NCBI GenBank assembly: GCA_965261595.1
Contig: CBDHDG010000005.1
Location: 448,001 to 512,000, forward strand
Reading direction: 5' to 3'
Source: a bacterium
Lineage (GTDB): Bacteria; UBA8248; JACPRG01; G963555815
Length of the DNA: 64,000 nucleotides
The number at the start of each line of letters is the position of its first letter. The first letter of the stretch is position 1. Positions 20,124-29,844 of the stretch are shown in pieces. The notes below the pieces were generated by a model, which was not told the origin of the DNA, ran no database searches, and was given only the letters and a program-made list of their open reading frames with translations. A program made the translations under genes and the position numbers.

Positions 20124-20579
20124 TGCATTTCGGGGCTTCTACCATCAAATTCGGTGTAGGGGCCGGGGCTCCGCACCCGCCCCCCTCAAGGACAGGGTGT
20201 TCCACTCCCCTCGGTTTTCATCTCTTGGCCAATCGGTTGATCTTCAAAGAATTTCTCGAAGGAAAACCGCTGAACCGTCCTTACTTGTGAGATATCCAGG
20301 CTAGGGTCGTGTCCCAGAAACATATTCAAAAAAGTTGTCCGCGCCCCCGTCTCATTGCAGGGTTGCGCCTTCAGAAGGACCTTCGGCGCGGAACCGGCTG
20401 AAGGACCCGGACCCCCTTGTCCCTCCGTCATCTCCCTTCCCTCTTCACGGTCTTCGATGGAACGCTGTGGGAAATTTCCGGCGTTCATTTCGCGCGCCGG
20501 CATGCATGGGGATGATTCCTTCAAACGAATTGCTGTATCGTCGAGAGATGAACCCGCCGAAGGATAAACACCAGAAACC

Positions 20580-21716
20580 ATGATCACCGTCCACATGGAT
20601 GTCGTCGGAAGCCTCCTCAGACCCCCGGAGCTGCTGGGGGCGCGGGAAGACGCGGCCGGGGGGAGGCTCTCGCGGGCCGGGCTCAAGGCAGCCGAGGACC
20701 GGGCGGTGGATGCGGCCGTTGTCCTTCAGGAGAAAGCCGGGCTGGCCGTCGTCACCGACGGGGAAATGCGGCGGCTCTCCTTCCAGTCTCAGATGACCGA
20801 GGCGGTGGAGGGGTTCGGGGAGTGCGGCATCGACGCCTTTCTCTGGGGGGACTGGCGCGGCGATGAAAGGGTCGGGGACAAGGAGATCCGGCGGCCGGCG
20901 TCGCTGGGCGTCGTGGGCAGGCTTCAGCGCAAGCGCCACCTCTCGGCCGAGGAGTTCACGGTCCTTCGCGCGATCACGAGGGGAAAGCCCCTCATTCCCA
21001 AAGTCACCCTTCCCAGCCCGAGTCTCTGGATGAACTTTTGGCCGACGGATCGCCGGGTGGACGCCTATCCGACCCTCGACTCCTTCCTGGCCGACGTCGT
21101 GGATATCCTGCGCGGCGAGGTCGCCGAGCTCGTCCGGTTGGGCGCGACGTACATCCAGATCGACGCGCCCCAATACACGGCCGCGCTGGACCCGAAAGGC
21201 CGGGCCTTTTACGAGTCCCGGGGTTGGAGTGGGGGGGAGAGGGGGGAGGAATGGCTGTCGCGGGGGATCGAGATGGACAACGCCGTCATGGACGGCTTCC
21301 CGGACGTCACCTTCGGCTTTCACCTCTGACGGGGGAACCAGGCCAGCCGGTGGCTGGCCGAGGGCGGCTACGGCCGCATCGCCCGGACCGTTTTCCGGGG
21401 CGTCCGCGCCCAGCGCCTCCTACTCGAATACGACGACGAGCGCTCCGGCGGTTTCGAGCCGCTCAAAGACGCGCCCGAGGACAAGACCGTCGTCCTGGGT
21501 CTTGTCACGACCAAATCGTCCCGCCCGGAGACGGTGGAAGGGCTCTCCGCCCGCGTCCGGGAGGCCGCCCGCTACGTTCCGCTCGAACGGCTGGCCCTGA
21601 GCCCCCAGTGCGGGTTCTCCACGTCCGTTGTCGGAAACCGGATCTCCGCGGAAGAGCAGAAGCGGAAGCTGGAGGTGGTCGCCGAAACGGCCGGGGTGGT
21701 TTGGGGGGCCGGATGA
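20580..21716 (+). CDS. Cobalamin-independent methionine synthase catalytic-domain-like (Meth_synt_2) protein; predicted selenoprotein (TGA 21327-21329 = Sec250)
   Basis: VVGSLLRP, TDGEMRR, YIQIDAP, HL(TGA)RGN, LLEYD, LGLVTTK, LSPQCGF are all in one frame (378 codons); SECIS-like hairpin downstream of the TGA. Confidence 0.9.
21341..21359 (+). promoter_or_regulatory. Putative bacterial SECIS element
   Basis: Perfect 8-bp stem GGCCAGCC-GGT-GGCTGGCC starting after an 11-nt spacer from the in-frame UGA; GU in the apical loop. Confidence 0.8.
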
Positions 21717-21785
21717 ACACCCTCAAATGTTTCAAGGCCGGCCGCGTCCCGCACCCGGGAGACGGCCTGTTCGGTCCGGCCGGGT

Positions 21786-21980
21786 CTACGACTCTCCCCG
21801 GGAAGAGAGAAGGGCGGAGACGCCGAGGGTGATCGCCCCGAGAAACACGGTGTTTGCGAAGTCCAGGTAGGTCGCGGAAGCGACGGACATGAGGAACCCC
21901 GCGCCAAGCCTGGCGATAATTCACAGGATCACGGAAACGGCCCCAATCACGAAACCCGCACAGACCAGATTTTTCATCAT
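21786..21980 (-). CDS. Small two-helix membrane protein with an in-frame TGA at codon 20 (not in the ORF track)
   Basis: AGGAG RBS, then MMKNLVCAGFVIGAVSVIL*IIARLGAGFLMSVASATYLDFANTVFLGAITLGVSALLSSRGES*. Confidence 0.55.
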
Positions 21981-22055
21981 CCCTCTCCTGTTTTGTCCAG
22001 CCCCTGGCCAAGGTCACATCTTTGAAGCGGCTTCTTCGAGCCCGCTCATTCTCGT

Positions 22056-22586
22056 CTATTGCCACCCCGGGTGCCACCCGAATTCCGTACGAATGCCCCT
22101 GATGTACGCGATCTGTCCCGTGTGCTGGGCGATCTCCGACGTCAGCAGGGTGAGCTGTCCGCCCATTGTTTTGAAACCGGCGACCTCGCGCTTCATCTCT
22201 CGGGCGAAATCCGCGTCCGAGCAGGTTTTGAAGAATCGCACCGTTTCCTCCCGAACGGCCGCTTTGTACCCCATGACGGTTTCCAGGTCCGGGATCGTGA
22301 ACGTCCCGGCTTCCTCGGGAGTAAAGCCGTATCCGGTGTATTCGGGGTCGGCCGGCTTGCCGAACCTTTCGTGCCAGCCGCCGGAAATCCAGGCCTGCTC
22401 CCGTTCGTCGAACTTGGAGATGACATAGTCCTCCTCGCGCGACATGTGCCAGAGCATGAACCTGATGGGGTTCACCTTGGGATCGGGCCGGTAGGCCAGG
22501 TCCTCCTCGGTGAGGCCGTTTACGGCGGTTTCCAGGGTGTGTTGGAGCCGGTCGAGGATCTCGATCAAAAATTCAGGGGCTTGCAT
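22056..22586 (-). CDS. DinB/YfiT-family protein
   Basis: LTEEDLAYRP...NPIRFMLWHM...EIAQHTGQIAYIRG pattern. Confidence 0.8.
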   Translation of the reverse strand: MQAPEFLIEILDRLQHTLETAVNGLTEEDLAYRPDPKVNPIRFMLWHMSREEDYVISKFDEREQAWISGGWHERFGKPADPEYTGYGFTPEEAGTFTIPDLETVMGYKAAVREETVRFFKTCSDADFAREMKREVAGFKTMGGQLTLLTSEIAQHTGQIAYIRGIRTEFGWHPGWQ

Positions 22587-22749
22587 GTGTGTTGGACCTC
22601 CGAGGAAGGTTTCATCCGGGGCTGTCCTGGGCCGGTGACGCCGCGCCCGATTCGTGGGTCTCGGTTTCCCGGGTCGAGGGACGCCTCCTCCTCCCCCCCC
22701 CTTCTTCGCCCGCTTGGGGAGCTTTGAAATGGAAGCGTTCCGGCGTTGG

Positions 22750-24549
22750 CTAAGACGCGGCCGAGCGCCTCAAATCCTTGAGGACGAGCTGAAGGCTTTC
22801 CTGTCCGTTCCACCGGTTGACCTCCGGCTCGAACGCGGCGTCTACGAGCTCGCCGGGCCGGTTCAGGAAATCCAGTCTGTCGTCGCTCCCCATGCCGAAA
22901 CCGATGGCCTCCGCCGATTGGCCGGAGGCGGGGTCGTGAAGCTCGATCTTCAGGTGCCGCCCCTCCCGGCCCACCGCCCGGATTCCGCCGACGACCCGCA
23001 ACCCTTCCGCGGCGTAAACCGGACGGGCGTTCCCCGGACCGAAGGGCGCCATTCGCTCGAGGGCCCGCATGGTTTCGAGCGTCAGGTCCGATAGCTCGAC
23101 CCGGCCGTCCAGCTCCAGGGCCGGGACCCCGTCCTCCGGGGCCGTTCGCTCCCGAACGATCTGAGAGAACCGCTCGGCGAACGCCCCCAGGCGCTCGGTC
23201 CGAAGGGTCAGGCCGGCCGCGTGTTGGTGGCCGCCGAAGGTTTCCAGCAGATCGGCGCAATCGGCCAGGGCCTGTTGGAGGTGCAGCGCTCCGGCGGTGC
23301 GGCCCGAGCCCTTTCCGAACGCGCCGTCCAAGGCGATGAGGATGACGGGACAATGAAACTCCTCCGCCACCTTGGAGGCCACGATGCCCAGGACCCCCGG
23401 GTGCCAGCCCGTCCCCCACAGGACGATGGGCCCGTCCCCGTGCGAGCGGCCGGCCGGAACCCGGCGCCGGGCATTCTGATAGACCTCCTCCTGGATGTTC
23501 TGCCGTTCCGCGTTGATCCGGTCCAGCTTCGAGGCCGATTCGGTCGCCCGCGCGAGGTCGGTTTCCAGGAGAAGCTCCAGGGCGAGGTCCGCCTTTCCGA
23601 GCCGCCCGGCGGCGTTGATGCGCGGGGCGATCTGGAAAGCCACCTGGGCGTACCGGAGCGTTGCGTCCGGGCCGTCCGGTTCGGGCGCGGTCCCCGCCAT
23701 GCGGATTAGAGACCGCAGCCCCGGCCGCGTCGATCCGGCAAGCTCGCGGAGACCGTGGCGCAGGAGCACGCGGTTCTCGCCGCGCGTGTCCGCGACGTCG
23801 GCCACCGTCGCCAGGGCGACCAGGTCGAGGGTCCGGCGGAGGTTGGGCAGGGGCTCGGGGCGCCCCGCGTCCCGAAGCGCGCGGCGGAGCGCCGAGACGA
23901 ACTTGAACGCGATCCCCGTTCCGCAGAGCGACTTGTCTGGATACGCGCAGCCGGGCCGGTGCGGATTGACGACGGCGCAGGCGCGGGGCAGAGGGTCCGG
24001 CGGCTGGTGATGGTCGGTGATGATCACATCGAGGCCGACGCCCCGCGCGGCCTCCACCTCGTCGGGATTCGAGATCCCCGAGTCCACGGTGATGAGGAGG
24101 CCTTTTCCCTTCGCGCCGAGGCCGAGGATCGCCTCCGTATTCAGGCCGTATCCCTCCTTCAGCCGGTCCGGGATGTAGGACTCGACCTCCCGCCCCAGCT
24201 TCCGGAAGAAGTGGACCAGCAGGGCCGTTCCGCACAGACCGTCCACATCGTAATCCCCGTAGACGATGATGCGCTCGTTATCCGCCAAGGCCCGGCTTGC
24301 GCGGTCCACCGCCCGGTCCATGTCCATCAGAAGGAAGGGGTCATGGAGGGCCTCGATCGGCGCGTCCAGGAAACTTTGGGCGGTTTCGACCCGGGAGTAG
24401 CCGCGGCGCCACAGGATCTCCGCGACCAGGGGCGGGAGGTCCAGCGCCCGGGCGAGACGCGTTGCATCCTCCGGCGTCGGGGGGAGGGGCGGCGGCCGCC
24501 ATTCACGCTCTGCGCCTCCGGGTTCTTCGGCCCGAGCACCGGCGGTCAT
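22750..24549 (-). CDS. recJ: Single-stranded-DNA-specific exonuclease RecJ
   Basis: YGDYDVDG, EGYGLN, ITVDSG, ITDHH, APRINAAGR, GKGSGR, FGGHQHAAG. Confidence 0.95.
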   Translation of the reverse strand: MTAGARAEEPGGAEREWRPPPLPPTPEDATRLARALDLPPLVAEILWRRGYSRVETAQSFLDAPIEALHDPFLLMDMDRAVDRASRALADNERIIVYGDYDVDGLCGTALLVHFFRKLGREVESYIPDRLKEGYGLNTEAILGLGAKGKGLLITVDSGISNPDEVEAARGVGLDVIITDHHQPPDPLPRACAVVNPHRPGCAYPDKSLCGTGIAFKFVSALRRALRDAGRPEPLPNLRRTLDLVALATVADVADTRGENRVLLRHGLRELAGSTRPGLRSLIRMAGTAPEPDGPDATLRYAQVAFQIAPRINAAGRLGKADLALELLLETDLARATESASKLDRINAERQNIQEEVYQNARRRVPAGRSHGDGPIVLWGTGWHPGVLGIVASKVAEEFHCPVILIALDGAFGKGSGRTAGALHLQQALADCADLLETFGGHQHAAGLTLRTERLGAFAERFSQIVRERTAPEDGVPALELDGRVELSDLTLETMRALERMAPFGPGNARPVYAAEGLRVVGGIRAVGREGRHLKIELHDPASGQSAEAIGFGMGSDDRLDFLNRPGELVDAAFEPEVNRWNGQESLQLVLKDLRRSAAS

Positions 24550-26132
24550 GGGGTTCTTCTGCGGGAGGGTCTCTTCCGGGGGACGGCGCGCCGGTCCGGG
24601 CGGACGAGGTCGAGGGTGATCCGGTCCTGAAGCCGTCTCATCCGCCAGTGCGAGCAGCGGCTTCTGTTCATCAGGATGGAGAAGGCGATGATGTCTCCGG
24701 CCAGACTGAAGGCGTACCCGGAGAGGGTGTCCACGCCGTTGAGTGTGCCCGTCTTGGCGCGGATCCTTCGCTCGGCCGGGGTGTCGTCCAGCCGATTCTT
24801 CACCGACCCGTCAACGCCCATGACCGCCAGGGAGGCCACGAACTCGGGACGGAAGCGGATGTCGTCGTACATGTCCGTCAACACGCGGACGAGCTGGGCC
24901 GGGCTGATCCGGTTTTCCCGCGACAGCCCCGCGCCGTCGTCCACGACGAACGACCCGGCGCCGTAGCCCAGCCGTTTCATGTACCGGTTGACGACGGCGA
25001 TCCCTTTCCGGCGCGTCCCCGGCACGCCCATGATTTCAGCGCCCAGGGTTTTGAGAACCTGTTCGGCGATGAAGTTGTTGCTCCACTTGTTGAGATCCCA
25101 AAGGATCATGGCCAGGGGCTTGGACATGTGGCTCGCCAGCTGGTGGGCCGCCGGAGGCGTTTTCCCCCGACGGACTTCTCCGCTGACCTTGATCCCCTCC
25201 CACTCCATGAATTCCCGGAAGGTGTGCCCCAGGTACAGGGTGGGTGTGGTGATGTTAATCCAGAAGCGGTGCGGGCGGCTTCCGACGGGGATGCGGCCTT
25301 CGAGGATGAGCAAGTCGCCGTCCGCGTGGGCGGCGCGCCGCAGCCGGATACTTGCCTTGCGGCGGCGGTGGACGGTGTTGGCGTTGTTGATGAGCTGGAC
25401 ATAGGACGAGGCGGGCTCGACCACCGCGCGCGGCGGTTTGCCGACGACCGCGTTGGGCTCCACGTAAACGCCGAGGGTGTTGAAATTCAACGACGCGGCG
25501 CCATGCGGGGCCTGGAAAGGACGGAGTCCCCGGCCGCCGTTCGTCCCCGGGACAAATCGCTCGTTGTCGAAGTACTTGTCGTCCACCACAATGTCTCCGC
25601 GGACCTCCCGCAGCCCTCGCCGCTTTAAGGTCCGCACCAACATCCAGAGCTCCTCGTTGACCAGGCTCGGGTCTCCGAATCCCTTGAGGTAGAGGCTCCC
25701 CGACAGTCTTCCGGCGGAAAACCGGCCGGTGGTGTACACGTTTGTCTTGAACTTGTAATCCGGCTTGAGGTAGTGAAATGCCGTCGCGGTTGTCAAAACC
25801 TTGACGTTGGAGGCCGGGATGAATTGTTCGTCTCCCCGGAGGTCGAAGAGCACCTCCCGGGACTTCAAGGAAAAAGCCCGGATTCCGACCCGGCTCTTTT
25901 GGATGCAGGCATCCCGAAGGTGCCGCGCCATCTTCCGTTTCACGTACGGGATTCCCCGGGGCGCGGGCGGGGTCCGGCGTACGGATTTCGACGCAGTCCG
26001 GATTTGGGCGAAGGCAGGGCCGGCCGCCTGCTTTGAAAGCACGGGAAGGAGAATGGCCGCCGCGACGCCGAGGGCGATGATCGCGCGCCCGCGCCTGTTC
26101 GCGTGTCCGGGGTCAGCAGGCTCCATCAGCAA
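24546..26132 (-). CDS. dacB: D-alanyl-D-alanine carboxypeptidase/endopeptidase (PBP4, peptidase S13)
   Basis: PASNVK (SxxK), SNN, DGAGLSR, AKTGTL; N-terminal hydrophobic signal. Confidence 0.92.
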   Translation of the reverse strand: MLMEPADPGHANRRGRAIIALGVAAAILLPVLSKQAAGPAFAQIRTASKSVRRTPPAPRGIPYVKRKMARHLRDACIQKSRVGIRAFSLKSREVLFDLRGDEQFIPASNVKVLTTATAFHYLKPDYKFKTNVYTTGRFSAGRLSGSLYLKGFGDPSLVNEELWMLVRTLKRRGLREVRGDIVVDDKYFDNERFVPGTNGGRGLRPFQAPHGAASLNFNTLGVYVEPNAVVGKPPRAVVEPASSYVQLINNANTVHRRRKASIRLRRAAHADGDLLILEGRIPVGSRPHRFWINITTPTLYLGHTFREFMEWEGIKVSGEVRRGKTPPAAHQLASHMSKPLAMILWDLNKWSNNFIAEQVLKTLGAEIMGVPGTRRKGIAVVNRYMKRLGYGAGSFVVDDGAGLSRENRISPAQLVRVLTDMYDDIRFRPEFVASLAVMGVDGSVKNRLDDTPAERRIRAKTGTLNGVDTLSGYAFSLAGDIIAFSILMNRSRCSHWRMRRLQDRITLDLVRPDRRAVPRKRPSRRRTP

Positions 26133-26721
26133 AGCGCTCCCGGCGCCGGTTGTCTTGAAGCAGGGTGGTGATCACGAGTCCCATCACCCCCGCCACGAGA
26201 TTGAACCCCACGTCTCTGATATCGCCGAAACGGTTCGGCAGAAGATATTGAATGGCCTCGTCGAGGAGTCCCACGGCGGCGGCCAGACCGACCGTTGCCG
26301 TCCGCAAAGGCCAGAACCCCAAGCCTTGCCACGTTGTTCCGATGCAATGATACGCCAGGAAGCTGAGGAAGCCATATTGGAAAAAATGGACCTTTTCGAC
26401 CGGATTTTCGAGAAGCCAGAGGAAAAACACGAAAATCAAGGCGCTGACGCCGAGCACCAGCCCTCGGAGGGGAGACCAACCTTTTCGCAGGGTCAGGACC
26501 CTCATGACTTTGAGCAAAACCCATGCCCCGCCCAACCCCAGAACCGTTGAGAGGGCCGTCGTGGCCGGCGGGCCGATTCCATCTCGGATGGGGACCCAGA
26601 TCATGGGAATCAGCGGGAGTGTGACCAGGATCACGACCACGTAAAGGATGAGCGTGGACCATCGGGACCGAAGCGGCTTTTTCAGAGCGCGGGATATCAG
26701 GCAGGTTTCTCCATCCTCCAA
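26113..26721 (-). CDS. VanZ-family membrane protein
   Basis: EKVHFFQYGFL and DEAIQYLLPNRFGDIRDVGFN motifs, multiple TM segments; start uncertain. Confidence 0.75.
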   Translation of the reverse strand: MEDGETCLISRALKKPLRSRWSTLILYVVVILVTLPLIPMIWVPIRDGIGPPATTALSTVLGLGGAWVLLKVMRVLTLRKGWSPLRGLVLGVSALIFVFFLWLLENPVEKVHFFQYGFLSFLAYHCIGTTWQGLGFWPLRTATVGLAAAVGLLDEAIQYLLPNRFGDIRDVGFNLVAGVMGLVITTLLQDNRRRERFADGAC

Positions 26722-27240
26722 ATATCGGCCTCCCGGGGGAGACGGCGGACCGGATCCGACTCCCACCAAAGTTATGATAGGAGCGGAGCGGGAAAAGTTC
26801 AAGGAAAGGTTTGCGTGTGTCCTTCCCCCGCCGGGCCGCTGTAAAAGGCCTTCGGCGCCCGATTTCGACGCCGCTTCCGTGAATCCGGGGATGTTGAGCC
26901 CGCATTTCACATAAACAGGAGATGCCGGCCTGGTTTCATTCTGATTACCCGTTTTTGATCAGCCGGTTGCCGGAAGCGAACAGAACGGCAAGGCCGGAAC
27001 ACCGTGTCATCCACGCAAGCGCCACATTCAATCGCGCTACTTTGCCAAGGCTTAAAAAATTCTTGAAATACCCTGATTGAGGCACGGATCCTGAAGGGGG
27101 TAGTAGGCCGTGGGGGGAATTCGCCCGAAATCGGGGGCGCTGGACTGTCCGGCGGGTATATCCAAGGCCCTCCCGGGCATCGAGAGAAGGGCCGGACTCA
27201 AGGAGAGGGGAGGGATCCGCCGGGTCCCTCCAGGTTTGAT

Positions 27241-28317
27241 ATGGATGAATCCGCCGCTTACATCGTTGAAGACCTCCGGAAATATTTCGACCAGGAAAAA
27301 GTCTGGTCGGATTTTGTGGGGTTGGAATACGAAAGCGCCGTCGAGGACATCCTGCGTCAGCTGCTGGAAGAAGAGCGGCTCGATTTTCGCAATCCGGCGC
27401 ACCAAAACCGAAAATTGCTCTACCGCTACGCCCTGCCGTACATCTGTTTCAGCATGCAACAGGCGAGGGAATACTTCGCCTCGGCCCGCGGCGCCACCCT
27501 GCTGACCAAACCGCTCCTCCTCTATTACGGAATGATGTCTTTCGTCCGGGCGCTGATCACCCTGGTCTCGCCGGACTTTTTCACCGACCAGGAGGATCTC
27601 TATCACGGCGTCAAGATGCTGGACCGCGGCCCCTCGAGCTATCGACTCGCCGACCGGCGGCTGCGCGTGGCGCGCAACGGTCTTTTCCCCCAGATGCACA
27701 CCATCATCAGCGGCGAAAAAACCATGGAGACGCCCCTGACCTTGCTCGATATCTTCACTCGGCTCCCCGACCTGTATTACAACTGTTTGTACATCTACGA
27801 CCTCTCGGATGAGGACATGAATTGCATCCGGCTGGTTCAGGCGGGCGTTCGGAAAGAGGACAAGGAAGGGACGATGTGGGTCCAAATCGAAGCGGAGGCC
27901 GGCAGGACGCTGAAACCGGAGCGGTTGCCCGGGCTTTTGTCGGAAGCGTTCCAGGAAGTGAACGGCGATCGCCCCGTCCACGTCTGGGTCAGTCGGACCC
28001 GGAGCGGTGCGCTCGTCGAGGTGGGAAAAATCCTTACCCAGCTCCGGGAATTGAGCCTGGATGAAGAGAAATTCCTGATCTGCCCGCTGCCCTCATCCAA
28101 AGGGAAGCAGGTTCAATTCTCCGAAGTCGAGCTCCACTATCTGCTGATGTTCTATCTGAGCAACATCGCCCGCTATCAGCCCCATCTCTGGGGAGAGATC
28201 TTGATCGGCCGAAAAACGGCGGAGACCCTGCTGGTGCGGAATTTTATCGAGAGCTCGGAAAAGAAGTTCCCCTGTCTCATCCACACACAAATCTTCCGGA
28301 ACATTCTCCTCGGCTGA
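27241..28317 (+). CDS. YaaC-like protein
   Basis: KPLLLYYG, YHG, YLLMFYLSNIARYQPHLW resemble the YaaC family pattern. Confidence 0.6.
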   Translation: MDESAAYIVEDLRKYFDQEKVWSDFVGLEYESAVEDILRQLLEEERLDFRNPAHQNRKLLYRYALPYICFSMQQAREYFASARGATLLTKPLLLYYGMMSFVRALITLVSPDFFTDQEDLYHGVKMLDRGPSSYRLADRRLRVARNGLFPQMHTIISGEKTMETPLTLLDIFTRLPDLYYNCLYIYDLSDEDMNCIRLVQAGVRKEDKEGTMWVQIEAEAGRTLKPERLPGLLSEAFQEVNGDRPVHVWVSRTRSGALVEVGKILTQLRELSLDEEKFLICPLPSSKGKQVQFSEVELHYLLMFYLSNIARYQPHLWGEILIGRKTAETLLVRNFIESSEKKFPCLIHTQIFRNILLG

Positions 28318-28507
28318 ATCGGTTTGGACCCGACCGGACCGGGTCGATCCTCCCGGCGCGGACGCGGGTTGAGCGGCGGCCGGGTTGTGCAGCGCCCGGG
28401 ATCCGTGGCAGATTGAGGGGGACGAACCTGCTTCCCGGTGGAGTCCGGCCGGCGCCCGCGCGCGGATGCGGCTTCTTTGAATCCATGATTCACCCGAAGG
28501 AGGGACC

Positions 28508-29209
28508 ATGTCGACCGAGCTCCAGGAGCTGAAAGAAAAGATGGTTCTCGCCCACAAGATCATGGCCGCGGCGGGGGTCCTGCATATGAACCTGGGTCAC
28601 GCAAGCGTCAGGCTGCCCGAAGGGGACCGGATATTGATCCTGGGCCATCTGCATCACGTCGGAAAGGTGTTCGAGACGGTGACCGTGGATGACCTGAGCG
28701 TCATCGATCTGGATGGCAATCATGTGGACGGGGATCTCGAACCGCCGGGCGAGCGTTTCATTCATTCCGGCGTCTACAAGACCCGGCCCGATGTCGGCTC
28801 GGTCGTTCACGCCCATCCCTTCTGCGGCGTCGCCTGCACGATTGCCGGGCAGGACATCCTCCCCGTGGGCCATTGGGGGACGGTGTTCGCGCCCAAGGTT
28901 CCCGTGTATCCGAGCTCCGAGCAGATCGAATCCCAGCAGATGGGCGAGGACATCGCCGAGGTCATGGGGGACGCGCCTGCGGTGATGCTCTCCCAACACG
29001 GGGCCGTGACGGCGGGCAAATTCCTCGAGCAGGCGGTGGCCCTGATGATCAGCCTGGAACACACCGCGAGGCTGATCGCCGAGGCGAGCCGGATGGGGAC
29101 GCCCAAGCCCCTTCCCCAGGCGCAGATCGACAGTGACAAGGCGGTTCGGCTGAATCGGCCTTCCTTTTGGGAGAACCCCTGGGCCTACTGGTCTTCCAAG
29201 GTGTCGTGA
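28508..29209 (+). CDS. Class II aldolase/adducin family protein
   Basis: GHASVR, PPGERFIH, RPDVGSVVHAH, HG; AGGAGG RBS. Confidence 0.9.
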   Translation: MSTELQELKEKMVLAHKIMAAAGVLHMNLGHASVRLPEGDRILILGHLHHVGKVFETVTVDDLSVIDLDGNHVDGDLEPPGERFIHSGVYKTRPDVGSVVHAHPFCGVACTIAGQDILPVGHWGTVFAPKVPVYPSSEQIESQQMGEDIAEVMGDAPAVMLSQHGAVTAGKFLEQAVALMISLEHTARLIAEASRMGTPKPLPQAQIDSDKAVRLNRPSFWENPWAYWSSKVS

Positions 29210-29341
29210 CCGGCCGCGTTCTCCGGCCGGGGATTCACCGGCGCGGGGTCAAGGGGGGATTTCGGGGAATGCCGGTTTCCGCCCTTGTTCGTCCGGCGGG
29301 GTCCGGAGGCTTCGGGGAGGGGGGACGCCGGGAGGGGGCCT

Positions 29342-29713
29342 TCAACCCAGGATGTCGGTCATCTTGACCATGACGCTGCTTTCCAGGTAGTCCAAGTCGA
29401 TGGGATTGGTGATGTAGTCGTGGGCGCCGTCGGCGATGGCCTGCCTGGCGATGTCTTCATCCTGGACAGCCGTAATCATGATGATGCCCATGCGGGGATT
29501 CAACGTCTTCGCGTGTTCGAGGACCTCGATGCCGTCCATCTCGGGCATTCGGATGTCCAGAAGCATCAGGTGGGGTTCTTCGCTCTTGATCTTCTCCAGC
29601 GCCTCTTCCCCGTTGAGGGCGGTGATGATCTGATATCCCAGCGGTTCCAGGAAAGCCCCCAGGAATTTGCAGGTTTCGATTTCATCGTCGACGATCAAGA
29701 TTTTCGGTGTCAT
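29342..29713 (-). CDS. Single-domain response regulator
   Basis: ILIVDDE, LLDIRMPEMDG, IMITA; the conserved Lys is replaced (DYITNP). Confidence 0.9.
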   Translation of the reverse strand: MTPKILIVDDEIETCKFLGAFLEPLGYQIITALNGEEALEKIKSEEPHLMLLDIRMPEMDGIEVLEHAKTLNPRMGIIMITAVQDEDIARQAIADGAHDYITNPIDLDYLESSVMVKMTDILG

Positions 29714-29844
29714 TGAGTTGTTTCCATTCCGATCAACCGCTTAAGCCGTGGCCGAATCCAGCCCCTCCGAGGGCCGCCCAACGCTCGATTCCGACGGTCC
29801 GTCAGTCCACCGCCTGACTGAATTCTCTCCGGGTTGGTTCTGCG

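Noticed and set aside
20340..20579. Possible riboswitch (SAM, cobalamin or glycine) upstream of the methionine-synthase-like gene
   Set aside because: Only a CGCCGAAGG fragment resembles a glycine aptamer, and the other conserved elements are missing. An Rfam scan would be needed.
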